From Squalus acanthias (taxonomy: Eukaryota), in assembly GCA_030390025.1 (NCBI GenBank), contig CM059431.1, positions 24,180,001 through 24,244,000 of the forward strand: a stretch of 64,000 bases of DNA. Direction: 5' to 3'. Below the pieces are notes generated by a model that worked only from the letters and a program-made list of their open reading frames with translations, was not told the DNA's origin and made no database searches. Position numbers and translations under genes: made by a program. Of the stretch, positions 11,883 to 23,380 are shown piece by piece. Every line of letters begins with the position of its first letter. Positions within the stretch are counted from its first letter, which is position 1.

Positions 11883-14800
11883 AACATAGAACATAGAACA
11901 GTACAGCACAGTACAGGCCCTTCGGCCCTCGATGTTGTGCCGAGCATTGTCCGAGACCAAGATCAAGCTATCACACTCCCTATCACTCTGGTGTGCTCCA
12001 TGTGCTTATCCAATAACCGCTTGAAAGTTCCTAAAGTGTCCGACTCCACTATCACAGCAGGCAGTCCATTCCACACCCCAACCACTCTCTGAGTAAAGAA
12101 TCTACCTCGGACATCCCTTCTATATCTCCCCCATGCACCTTATAGTTATGCCCCCTTGTAACAGCTGCCTCTACCCGAGGAAATAGTCTCTGAACATCCA
12201 CTCTATCTATCCCCCTCATCATCTTATAAACCTCTATTAAGTCGCCTCTCATCCTCCTCCGCTCTAAAGAGAAAAGCCCCAACTCCCTCAATCTTTCCTC
12301 ATAAGACCTCCCCCCCAAACCAGGCAGCATCCTGGTAAATCTCCTTTGCACTCTTTCCAATGCTTCCACGTCCTTCCTATAGTGAGGTGACCAGAACTGC
12401 ACACAATATTCCAAATGTGGTCTCACCAAGGTCCTGTACAGTTGCAGCATAACCTCACGGTTCTTAAACTCAAACCCTCTGTTAATAAACGCCAACACAC
12501 CATAGGCCTTCTTTACTGCTCTATCCACTTGAGTGGCAACCTTCAGAGATCTGTGGATATGAACCCCCAGATCCCTCTGCTCCTCCACGTTCCTCAGAAC
12601 CCTGCCGTTGACCCTGTAATCCTTATTCACATTTGCCCTACCAAAATGAATCACCTCGCACTTATCAGGGTTAAATTCCATCTGCCATTTTTCGGCCCAG
12701 CTCTGCATCCTATCAATGTCTCTTTGCAGCCTACAACTGCCCTCCACCTCATCCACTACTCCACCAATCTTGGTGTCATCAGCAAATTTACTGATCCACC
12801 CTTCAGTCCCCTCCTCCAAGTCATTGATAAAAATCACAAACAGCAGAGGACCCAGCACCGACCCCTGTGGCACACCGCTGGTAACTGGTCTCCAGTCCGA
12901 AAATGTTCCATCCACCACCACCCTCTGCCTTCTATGAGATAGCCAGTTACTTATCCAATCGGCCAAATTTCCCTCTATCCCACAACTCCTTACTTTCTTC
13001 AAGAGACGACCATGGGGAACCTTATCAAACGCCTTACTAAATCCATGTATACGACATCAACTGCTCTACCTTCATCTACACACTTAGTTACCTCCTCAAA
13101 GAATTCAATCAAATTTGTTAGGCAAGACTTCCCCTTCACGAATCCGTGTTGACTATCCCTGATTAAGTTGCCCCTTTCCAAATGGTCATAAATCCTATCC
13201 CTCAGGACCTTTTCCATTATCTTACCAACCACCGAAGTAAGACTAACCGGCCTATAATTACCAGGGTCATTCCTATTTCCTTTCTTGAAGAGAGGAACAA
13301 CATTCGCCACTCTCCAGTCCTCTGGCACCATCCCCGTGGACAGTGAGGACCCAAAGATCAAAGCCAGAGGCTCTGCAATCTCCTCCCTTGCCTCCCAAAG
13401 AATCCTAGGATATATCCCATCTGGCCCAGGGGACTTATCGACCCTCAGGTTCTTCAAAATTGCTAAAACATCTTCCCTCAGAACATCTACCACCTCCAGC
13501 CTATCCACCTTTATCACACTCTCATCCTCAAGAACATGGCCCCTCTCCTCGGTGAACACTGACGAAAAGTATTCATTCATCACCTCTCCTATCTCTTCTG
13601 ACTCCATGCACAAGTTCCCACTACTGTCCTTGACCGGCCCTACCCTCACCCTGGTCATTCTTTTATTTCTCACATAAGAGTAAAAAGCCTTGGGGTTTTT
13701 CTTGATCCGACCCGCCAAGGACTTCTCATGCCCCCTCCTAGCTCTCCTAAGCTCTTTTTTTAGCTCATTCCTTGCTACCTTGTACCGCTCAATCGACCCA
13801 ACTGAACCTTGTTTTCTCATCCTTACATACGCTTCCTTTTTCCTCTTGACTAGACATTCAACCTCTTTTGTGAACCATGGTTCTCTCACTCGGTCATTTC
13901 CTCCCTGCCTGACAGGGACATACCTATCAAGGACACGCAGTAATTGCTCCATGAAAAAGCTCCACTTTTCGTTTGTGCCTTTCCCTGATAGTTTCTGTTC
14001 CCATCTTATACTCCCTAATTCTTGCCTAATCGCATCATAATTACCCCTCCCCCAATTATAAACCCTGCCCTGCCGTATGGCCCTATCCCTCTCCATTGCA
14101 ATAGTGAAAGTTACCGAATTGTGGTCACTATCTCCAAAGTGCTCTCCCACATACAAATCAAACACTTGGCCCGGTTCATTACCCAGTACCAAATCCAACG
14201 TGGCCCCACCTCTTGTCGGCCTATCCACATATTGTGTCAGGAAACCCTCCTGCACACACTGTGCAAAAACTATCCCATCCGAACTGTTTGACCTATAAAG
14301 GTTCCAATCAATATTTGGAAAGTTGAAGTCACCCATGACAACTACTCTGTGACCTCCACACCTATTCATAATCTGCTTTGCAATTTCTTCCTCCACATCT
14401 TTATTACTATTTGGGGGCCTGTAGAAAACTCCTAACAACGTGACCGCTCCTTTCCTATTTCTAACTTCAGCCCATATTACCTCAGACGGCAGATCCCCCT
14501 CGAACTGCCTTTCTGCCGCTGTTAAACTATCCTTGATTAACAATGCTACTCCTCCACCTTTCTTACCAACTTCCCTACTCTTACTGAAACATCTATACCC
14601 CGGAACTTCCAACAACCATTCCTGTCCCTGTTCTAACCATGTCTCCGTAATGGCCACCACATCGTAGTCCCAAGTACCAATCCACGCTCCAAGTTCTCCT
14701 ACCTTATTCCGGATGCTCCTTGCATTGAAGTAGACACACTTCAAGCCATCTTCCTGTCTGCCAGTACATTCCTGCGACCTTGATACCCTCCTCAGTACCT

Positions 14801-14968
14801 CCCTACACTCACCACTGGCTCGTGGACTACAGCCCTTTTTCCCATCCCCCTGACAAATTAGTTTAAACCCCCCCGAAGAGCCGTAGCAAATTTCCCTCCC
14901 AGGATATTGGTGCCCCTCTGGTTCAGGTGCAAACCGTCCTGTTTGTACAGGTCCCACCTTCCCCAGAA
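11883..14968 (-). mobile_element. CR1 LINE, near-complete ORF2 (APE endonuclease + RT) with frameshifts
   Basis: ORFs 12999..14957 (YFNARSIRNK, ITETWL, MGDFN, SDHN, NYRPVSLTS) and 12052..13002 (GVPQGSVLGP, FADDTK); (ttctatg)n 3' tail; TGTCAG at 11877-11882 and 14969-14974. Confidence 0.95.
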
Positions 14969-15300
14969 TGTCAGGTTATGAGATAATTCAATACTGAATC
15001 CACTCACGACAGGCTGAGCTGATGTGTTCCCCGAGCAGCGGGTAACCCGTGGCGGAGCACGTAAAATTGAAATGTAGGCTTAAAATAACATTTAATTGGA
15101 TGTTAACAACCCATTTAATGATGTGAATTGCCTCCCCCGCCGCTTGGTGTCGGGTCTGTTCAGCGGCGACAGACCCGATACCTGGGAGACTCGCGTGGAG
15201 GCGGGTTGACAGCGGGTTCCCTACCCGCTGTCAATCTTTGCCATTTTGACAGCTGACCCGCCTCCGAACCCACCCTCTGAACGCCAGCAAAATTCAGCCC

Positions 15301-15372
15301 CATGTCTCCGGATCATTAGTCCAGGCCTCCAGATTACTAGTCCAGTAACATAACCACTATGCTACCGTACCC
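15301..15372 (-). mobile_element. 5' tRNA-like head of SINE B split by the Harbinger
   Basis: rc gggtacggtagcatagtggttatgttactggactagtaatc..., A-box-like TAGCATAGTGG. Confidence 0.75.
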
Positions 15373-15859
15373 ATGACTACAGAACATTTAACTACACCCC
15401 CTTGGTCACAAAAGTAATAAAAGATGTAACAATTCATGAATTCTATTGATAATGCCAAATCTGGACCAACTTCCATAACACATAATTTACACGTGTGGTT
15501 TCTTCCATCCACCATGAAGTCTACACATGCTCATTCCACTTGGATTGCAGAACCAATATCCAGGAAGAAGAGTTGCAGTTGGCTGCCCAAAATACACTCT
15601 TCATCTGCTTTAAAGCTTAAACTGGGATACAATAATCTAAAGGCTGGACAAAGCTTTCAAAATAAAGTGATATGGGCCTGAACTTCAACCAGATGTTGAG
15701 GTTCAGATGATTTTCCCCCACTCTATTCTAGATAAGCTATCTGACAGAATGGGAAATCAGTCATATTTCAAACCATAAGTCTCCATACTTTTAATCTGGG
15801 TTTTTTTGTTGCACAAGTCCATTTATAAATGGTTCCAAGCACCTTTACTTTAAATTAAA

Positions 15860-16125
15860 AAGTCAATCATGTAGTGTGGGACTGGAGTCACAGGTAGGTC
15901 AGGCTGGGTAGAAGTGGCAAGGTCCTTTCCCTGAAGGCCATTAGTGAACTAGTTGAGTTTCTACAACAATCTGGCAGCTTTCATGATTGTTTCTTCCTGA
16001 TGCCAGCCCACATATTACCATATTTATTGAATTACTGTAAATTTCACAACTTGCTATGGCGGGATTTCAACTCACAACTTTTGGGTTGCTAGTCCAGTAC
16101 CATAACCACTACACCACCTTACCAG
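15860..16125 (-). mobile_element. SINE B copy
   Basis: Co-linear with 9990-10500 plus 15301-15372. Confidence 0.75.
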
Positions 16126-17400
16126 TGCACAGTGTGTGACCCTTGTGAGTGTTGCCAGCTTATTCCACCATGGAGGGCATCATAGCCGAGACCAACCTTG
16201 TCCATATGTACACACTCTAACGATTCTAGTTCTATCATTCCCCAGATAAGAGGAACTGAGACCAATTGTAGCACCTTTTCATGTTTCTACTGAGGTCATG
16301 TTAACTCAGTGCAAGGGTGTGAATCTCTTAAATAAAGAGAGTGTCCTTCAGTAATTAATTCCGTCCCCCTGCCAAATGACTATAAAAGCTAATTATACAT
16401 GCAGCTTGAACAAATAAAGATATTTGTGAAAATATCTTAAAAACAGATGACACTCCAATACTCCAACTTGTGGGACAGGTTGGATGGACCAGAGTCTTTT
16501 CCTGTTGGTCAGTGTTCATATGTTCGTACTCCACAAGGATTGCAATTTTCTATGAAGGCTAGTTGGGATAAGTGTGGTTGTCTGCAGTCTGATCCCAATT
16601 CACAATCAGTGCATAGTGCACGGTCAGATAGAATAAATTCAAAATCATATCTGTCATTACACTTGACCTTTAGGTGACATGGATGAAGGTGGGACTACAG
16701 GGATGAAGTAATCCAACTAAATGCCCTCAGCAAAGATGAAAAACAATTTTAATTTCCTTTTTGAAAGATTAGCTACAATTTATGGATTATCACTTTTTTT
16801 AATGAAGGCGAGTATACTTTTCCAGCTACATCTTATACATGCATGCAAGGAATTAACATTCATAATTTGTATTTTTCTTAGGATTGGACTGTTCTGCTTG
16901 TTTGCTTCAAAATGTAATTTCTCTCTCCTCTACCTCTCCCATAAGAGAGACACTAGCCAGACCAACATGAACCTTCAAAGACTGTGAAATGTATTTCGCA
17001 CAAATCGACACTTTCATCATTGCAAAGGTCAGCGATTTCTCTGCAAAGGACACTAGACAGACACACATGCTCTGGCTTCAAACTCAAAAAGGCACTTTCA
17101 TCTTCCTTAAACATAACCTTTCCTTTGAATATAAAACCATCTTTATACGTGAAGGCTCACGGCTAGAGAATTAACCTGAATCTCTCCAGTACATAATTCT
17201 TGATTTGCAATTCCACATTTTAATGAAAATGCTCAAGGAGTCCTCCACAACAGTTCACACTGAAATTTTGTATATGCACAAGAAAACAGTGAATTTCAGA
17301 GAGAAAAACATAGAAACATAGAAGATAGGAGCAGGAGTAGGCCATTCGGCCCCTCGAGCCTGCTCCGCCATTTGATGAGATCATGGCTGATCATCTAAAC

Positions 17401-20262
17401 TCAGTACCCTGTACCTGCCTTCTCCCCATATCCCTTGATACCTTTAGCTTTAAGAAATATATCTAACTCATCCTTGAATATATTTAATGACTTCGCCTCA
17501 ACTACCTTCTGTGGTAGAGAATTCCACAGGTTCACCACTCTCTGGGTGAAGAAATTCTTCCTCATTTCTGTCCTAAATGCTTTACCCGTTATCCGTAGAT
17601 TATGACCCCTGGTTCTGGACTCTCCGACCATCGGGAACATTCTTCCTGCATCTAGTTTGTCCAGACCTGTCAGAATTTTATATGTTTCGATGAGATCCCC
17701 TCTCATTCTTCTATACTCCAGCAAGTATAAGCCCAATCGACCCAATCTCTCCTCATATGTCATTCCTGCCATCCCAGGTATCAGCCTTGTGAATCTTCGC
17801 TGAACTCCTTCCATGGCAAGAACATCCTTCCTCAGATAAGGCGACCAAAACTGCACACAGTACTCAAGGTGTGGTCTCACCAAGGCCCTGTACAACTGCA
17901 GCAGGACATCCCTGTTCCTATACTCAAACCCTTTCGCTATGAAGGCCAACATACCATTTGCCTTCTTCACCGCCTGCTGCACCTGCATGCTTACTTTCAG
18001 CGACTGGTGCACAAGGACACCCAGGTCTCGTTGCACTTCCCCTTCTCCCAATCTATTGCCATTCAGATAATAGTCTGCCTTTCTGTTTTTGACACCAAAG
18101 TGGATAACCTCGCATTTATCCACGTTATATTGCATCTGCCACGCTTCTGCCCACTCACCCAACCTGTCCAGATCATCCTGGAGTTTCTCGCTATCCTCCT
18201 CGCTGCACACACTCCCACCCAGCTTTGTGTCATCTGCAAACTTGGAGATATTACATTTAATTCCCTTATCTAGATCATTAATGTATATTGTGAATAGCTG
18301 GGGTCCAAGGACCGATCCCTGCGGTACCCCACTAGTCAATGCTTGCCACTCGGAAAAAGACCCATTAATTCCTACTCTCTGCTTTCTGTCCGCCAACCAG
18401 TTCTCTATCCAAGTCAATACCTTGCCCCCAATCCCATGTGCCTTAACTTTACCCGCTAATCTCTTATGCGGGACCTTATCGAAAGCCTTTTGAAAGTCCA
18501 AATACACCACATCTACTGGTTCTCCCTTATCTATTTTCCCAGTTACATCCTCAAAAAATTCCAGTAGATTAGTCAAGCACGATTTACCTTTTGTAAATCC
18601 ATGTTGACTTTGTCCGATCCTGTCACTGTTTTTCAAATGCTCAGCTATTACATCCTTTATAATGGACTCTAGCATTTTCCCCACTACCGATGTCAGGCTT
18701 ACCGGTCTGTAATTCCCCGCTTTCTCTCTACCACCCTTTTTGAATAGTGGGGTAACATTAGCTACCCTCCAATCCATGGGTACAGTTCCAGATTCCATCG
18801 AATGTTGGAAGATGATCAGCAATGCATCTACCATTTCTAGGGCCACTTCCTTAAGTACCCTAGGATGTAGATTATCAGGCCCTGGGGATTTATCGGCCTT
18901 CAATACCGTCAATTTCCCTAACACCATTTCCCTGCAAATACTGATTTCTTTCAGTTCCTCCCTTTCATCAGACCGTATGTTCTCCAACATCTCTGGGAGG
19001 TTATTTGTGTCCTCCTTTGTGAAGACAGAACCAAAATATGCATTTAATTGGGCTGCCATTTCTTTGTTCCCCATTATAACTTCCCCCGCTTCTGACTGCA
19101 AGGGACCTACACTTGATTTCACTAATCTTTTTCTCTTCACATATCTATAAAAGCTCTTACAGTCAGTTTTTATGTTCCCAGCAAGCTTACTTTCATATTC
19201 TATTTTCCCCTTCTTAATTAATCCCTTTGTCCTCCTTTGTTGAATCCTAAACTGCTCCCAATCCTCAGGGCTACTGCTTTTTCTGGCCAATTTATATGCC
19301 CTCTCCTTGGATCTGATGCTATCCCTAATTTCCCTTGTTAGCCACGGTTGAGTCACCCTTTTTGTTTTATTCTTATGCCACACTGGGATGTACAAATTCT
19401 GTAGTTCATCCATGCAGTCTTTGAATGTTTGCCATTGCCTATCCACCGTCAACCCCTTGAGTGACATTCCCCAATCAATCCTACCCAATTCGCGCCTCAT
19501 ACCATCGTAGTTTCCTTTATTTAAAATCAGGACCCTAGTCTCTGATTCAACTACTTCACTCTCCATCCTAATGAAGAATTCTATCATATTATGATCACTC
19601 TGACCAAAGGGGCCTCGTACAACAAGATTGCTAATTAATCCTTTCTCGTTGCATAATACCCAGTCTAAGATGGCCTGATCTCTGGTTGGTTCCTCGACAT
19701 ATTGTTCCAGAAAACCATCTCGTAAACATTCTAGGAATTCCTCCTCCACAGTATTTTTACTAATTTGGTTAGCCCAATCTATATGTAAATTAAAGTCACC
19801 CATGATGACTGCTGTGCCCTTACTGCATGCTTCTCTAATTTCCCTTTTAATGCCGTCCCCAACCTCCGTATTACTGTTTGGAGGTCTATATACCACTCCC
19901 ACTAACGTTTTCTGCCCCTTGTTATTTCTCAGTTCTACCCATACAGATTCCGCATCATCAGAGCTAATATCCTTCCTTTCAATTGTGTTAATCCCCTCTT
20001 TAACCAGCAATGCTACCCCACCTCCCTTTCTTTTTTGCCTATCTTTCCTAAATATTGAATAACCCTGGATGTTGAGTTCCCAGCCTTGGCCACCCTGGAG
20101 CCATGTTTCTGTAATCCCAATCAAATCGTATTCATTTACCTCTATTTGCGCAGCTAATTCATCCACCTTGTTCCGAATGCTCCTTGCATTAAGACACAAA
20201 GCCTTCAGGCTTGTTTTTTTAACGCTCTCAGACCTATATGAATTATTATTTACTGTGACCAT
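17401..20262 (-). CDS. CR1 ORF2: APE endonuclease + reverse transcriptase, 953 aa, uninterrupted
   Basis: CLNARSIRNK, GITETWL, YRPP, MGDFN, SDHN; KSPGPD, NYRPVSLTS, YLDFQKAFDKV, GVPQGSVLGP, FADDTK; C-terminal RTRGH...FFTQRVVNLWNSLP. Confidence 0.93.
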   Translation of the reverse strand: MVTVNNNSYRSESVKKTSLKALCLNARSIRNKVDELAAQIEVNEYDLIGITETWLQGGQGWELNIQGYSIFRKDRQKRKGGGVALLVKEGINTIERKDISSDDAESVWVELRNNKGQKTLVGVVYRPPNSNTEVGDGIKREIREACSKGTAVIMGDFNLHIDWANQISKNTVEEEFLECLRDGFLEQYVEEPTRDQAILDWVLCNEKGLISNLVVRGPFGQSDHNMIEFFIRMESEVVESETRVLILNKGNYDGMRRELGRIDWGMSLKGLTVDRQWQTFKDCMDELQNLYIPVWHKNKTKRVTQPWLTREIRDSIRSKERAYKLARKSSSPEDWEQFRIQQRRTKGLIKKGKIEYESKLAGNIKTDCKSFYRYVKRKRLVKSSVGPLQSEAGEVIMGNKEMAAQLNAYFGSVFTKEDTNNLPEMLENIRSDEREELKEISICREMVLGKLTVLKADKSPGPDNLHPRVLKEVALEMVDALLIIFQHSMESGTVPMDWRVANVTPLFKKGGREKAGNYRPVSLTSVVGKMLESIIKDVIAEHLKNSDRIGQSQHGFTKGKSCLTNLLEFFEDVTGKIDKGEPVDVVYLDFQKAFDKVPHKRLAGKVKAHGIGGKVLTWIENWLADRKQRVGINGSFSEWQALTSGVPQGSVLGPQLFTIYINDLDKGIKCNISKFADDTKLGGSVCSEEDSEKLQDDLDRLGEWAEAWQMQYNVDKCEVIHFGVKNRKADYYLNGNRLGEGEVQRDLGVLVHQSLKVSMQVQQAVKKANGMLAFIAKGFEYRNRDVLLQLYRALVRPHLEYCVQFWSPYLRKDVLAMEGVQRRFTRLIPGMAGMTYEERLGRLGLYLLEYRRMRGDLIETYKILTGLDKLDAGRMFPMVGESRTRGHNLRITGKAFRTEMRKNFFTQRVVNLWNSLPQKVVEAKSLNIFKDELDIFLKAKGIKGYGEKAGTGY

Positions 20263-20384
20263 GTTTGATTTAAACCGTTGAGTTCTTTGCCTTCTACTTT
20301 TGTTTTTCTCCTTCCTGTCTTTAGCTTTTATCCTTATTTCCCTTTCCTCTGTCTCCCTGCTCAGGTTCCCAACCCCCTGCCACT

Positions 20385-20778
20385 TTAGTTTAAACCCTCC
20401 CCAACAGCACTAGCAAACACTCCCCCTAGGACATCGGTCCTGGCCCTGCCCAGGTGCAGACCGTCCCGTTTGTACTGGTCCCACCTCCCCCAGAACCGGT
20501 TCCAATGTCCAAGGAATTTGAATCCCTCCCCCTTGCACCATTCCTCTAGCCACGTATTCATTTGAAATATCCTCCTATTTCTACTCTGACTAGCACGTGG
20601 CACTGGTAGCAATCCTGAGATTACTACCTTTGAGGTCCTCTTTTTTAATTTACCTCCTAACTCCCTATATTCTGCTTTTAGGACCTCATCCCGTTTTTTA
20701 CCTATATCGTTGATGCCTATGTGCACCACGACAACTGGCTGTTCGCCCTCCCCCTCCAAAGTGTTCTGTAGCCGCTCC
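20385..20778 (-). pseudogene. CR1 ORF1 C-terminal SGNH esterase domain (5'-truncated)
   Basis: VVVHIGINDIG (GxND block) and DGLHL (DxxH block) directly upstream of ORF2; the first ~15 aa of the listed ORF come from non-LINE sequence. Confidence 0.88.
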
Positions 20779-21027
20779 GGAGCCAAAAAAGAAATTGGGT
20801 TTAAAGAAAGGAATTCAGGCAATGATAGGGGGGGGGACAGAAGAGAAGGATAGAGGGGGAAGGAGAAACAGACACACCGTCAAGGCTCATGCTTAGACAA
20901 TAGATCAAAGCCTGGGACATTATTAAACTGTATGGCTCAGTACAAGGTGCGAGTCCGACAGTGCATTTACCATTGAAGGAGCCAAAAAAGAAATTGGGTT
21001 TAAAGAAAGGAATTCAGGCAATGATAG
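20779..21027. repeat. Exact 50-bp direct duplication (20779-20828 and 20978-21027)
   Basis: ggagccaaaaaagaaattgggtttaaagaaaggaattcaggcaatgatag occurs twice. Confidence 0.95.
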
Positions 21028-21111
21028 TATTTTTGTTCTACATTCAAAAGCCTTAGTTAAGAGTAATATAGTGACTTCAGACCAGGGCTAATTATATAAA
21101 GCAGTACTAAC

Positions 21112-21205
21112 TTGTAGAGCACAAGCCTGTCTTGCAGAGCCTCCATAGCTTGAGTTTGTGCTGGAGAAATATCACAAGATTCCTGAGTCAGGGTTCTGCA
21201 TTCAG
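21112..21205 (-). CDS. COG6: COG6 coding exon (exon 8 equivalent), 94 bp
   Basis: (A)[30 protein letters not shown](N); ttgcag acceptor, gttag donor. Confidence 0.95.
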
Positions 21206-21279
21206 CTGCAAAGAATAAAGAAAAAAATAAAAGATCTTTTCATAGTTTTATTGCTCGCGTTTTAATTTTCAATGTTTAC

Positions 21280-21615
21280 ATAGTATTACATAGACACAGT
21301 ATTACATAGTATTTACAGCACAGAAACAGGCCATTTGGCCCAACAGGTCCATGCCGGTGTTTAAGCTCCGCACAAGCCTGCTCCCGCCTTCTTCATCTAA
21401 CCCCATCAACATATCCCTCTATTCCTTTCTCCCTCTTATGTTTATCTAGCTTCCCCTTAAATGCATCTATGCTATTCGCCTCAACTACTCCTTGAGGTAG
21501 CGAGTTCCACATTCTAACCACTCTCTGGGTAAAGAAGTCTCTCCTGAATTCCCTGTTGGATTTATTAGTGACTATCTTATATTTATGGCCCCTAGTTCTG
21601 GTCTTCCCCGCAAGT
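21280..21615 (-). mobile_element. CR1 3'-end fragment
   Basis: rc ...actaggggccataaa...tttacccagagagtggttagaatgtggaactc..., 3' tail with tatgta repeats. Confidence 0.8.
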
Positions 21616-22499
21616 TAGAGCTGCCCCAGCTGAGATCAGCTAACTTAGCACAGACCAGCGATCAAACCTAGGATCATCCTGGTTTATATTGCTCTGTTTC
21701 ATACTGGCCAGAACATTTACCAACATTTACCAGAACAACCATTGGGGAGTTCTATACAACATTGTTGAAAAAAAATACAGAATGTAATGATACAGCTTCT
21801 CCAGCTAATTTTTTCTCAGAATTAACCTGAAACTCTGGCTTAATCCTTCTCATGGTATCTGATCACAATACTGCAGAGCAGAAAGGCAGGCCACATCTCT
21901 CTGACGCTGAAGCAAGTAGAATTTGGGATGCAGTATGATTTTCACTGCTCTGCCTTTCTTTGTACTGTACTGATTCCAGGAAAAATAGGTTGTATTCTCA
22001 ACAAACTAACGTATTATAGGAAGGCAGAGGTTTTGTAGAACACTGAAATTACTAATGATGAGTGGGGCGAAGCGTTCTTGAGAATTCCTGCTCTTCTATC
22101 AACATTTCCAGCCATCTTTGCCACTTCCTTTCTTCAACACTGATTGCATGTAATTACTAAGCCAAGAACTTGAATGTCTAAATGGAGAAAGCGTGCATCT
22201 TTAGCAGCAGAGGCGAGTGGATAATAGTCTACCTTCAACGGTGTTATTGCCTTAATTTTCTCAGCAATGGATGCATCAATTGTGCATCCACTATCCAATT
22301 GGTGATGTCAAAGAGATTGATTTACATAGAGACACTTTTCAGAAGCTCACAAATGTTATTGCCAACAACATTATGTTACCCATTGCAATCCTTGCATGCA
22401 GCAGTACAAGAATAATTCTCATTTCAAGGGGAACCAAGAACCTGATTCGAATTAAATTCAGAGGTCAGTAGCTCTACTTGGAGCTCAATTGTATCTCTT

Positions 22500-22820
22500 G
22501 TGCTACTAAGCCATGCACATCAGAAAAGACCCAGCTTTGATCTTGCGTTTGTACTGAATTAGCTAGTCTCAGCTGGGGTGGCCGTAGGGGTCTACGATTG
22601 ACTTCACTTGGGCGAGTGAAAGGGATTAAGTCAGCAGGGTTCTTGCTCCTCATCAGTACCCAGAGACCCTGCCTTTGTACGTAATTGAGGAGGATGGAAT
22701 CAGGCGGACTTGTAACATGACAACATTCACTGATTTGGCTATTTCAAGAAGAATGGCTACTTCAGTGGGGCATTTGGAGTGCTGTTGTCACCCATGAAAC
22801 CATACTCCAAGCAGGAGTCA
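22500..22820 (+). mobile_element. SINE family A copy
   Basis: ctgaattagctagtctcagctggggtggc...gaagaatggctacttc body shared with other copies. Confidence 0.55.
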
Positions 22821-23309
22821 TGTTTTATGCTGGAACCACTGTGGGGGCTCTATAAAGTTCTCTTTGCTAAAAATGTAAATGTGGATATCTAGCCTCTGAC
22901 TTAGGCAAACTCACGTCACAGTGTGTATTGTGTCCACAAGTTACAGCCATTGAGCGTCACCAAGATAAATGATGCAGCTCCACTCAAGGGAATTTGACCA
23001 CTAAGCTCAGATTTCACAAGAACTCAGTGCAAAGTATAAGCAGCTGAAATAACGTGACAATGGTAAAGTTGCAGCTACAGTATAACAATAAGATAAGCAC
23101 AACAAACTGCCTCTCACTTCAGAAATAATTCAAAAATATTTGGTATCATGAATCACTTGTGTGTGTCAGTTTTCAATTCATTTTTTTTTTACCAAAACAT
23201 TACTGACAATCCTTAATATCTGACTTCGGTACACTTGATGCATTCTGCTTACTTCATACAGAACATCTGCAGTTCCTTACATCAGAAACTCGTTGGACTG
23301 GTAACATAC

Positions 23310-23380
23310 CTTGTGCCCATCTGTAAAGTTTTTCATATGATGTCTCTTGGAGGAGTGCCATCTGTTCCATAATTTCCAAG
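23310..23380 (-). CDS. COG6: COG6 coding exon (exon 7 equivalent), 71 bp
   Basis: (G)[23 protein letters not shown](A); ttttaaag acceptor, gtatg donor. Confidence 0.95.

Larger units (their letters stand above)
10501..15300. mobile_element. Decayed PIF/Harbinger DNA transposon, interrupted by a CR1
   Basis: 3-bp duplication CAT on both sides; imperfect TIRs ggctgcgatttcgccg / (rc) gggctgaattttgctg; Myb/SANT remnant inside; cleanly splits SINE B. Confidence 0.75.
17307..20778 (-). mobile_element. Young CR1 LINE, 5'-truncated within ORF1
   Basis: ORF1 esterase 3' part, spacer, intact ORF2, 3' UTR ending (tttctatg)n. Confidence 0.96.

Noticed and set aside
12415-20281. Many plus-strand ORFs of 70-175 aa
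   Set aside because: The longer ones are antisense shadows of the CR1 ORF2 frames; the rest show no protein-family signal
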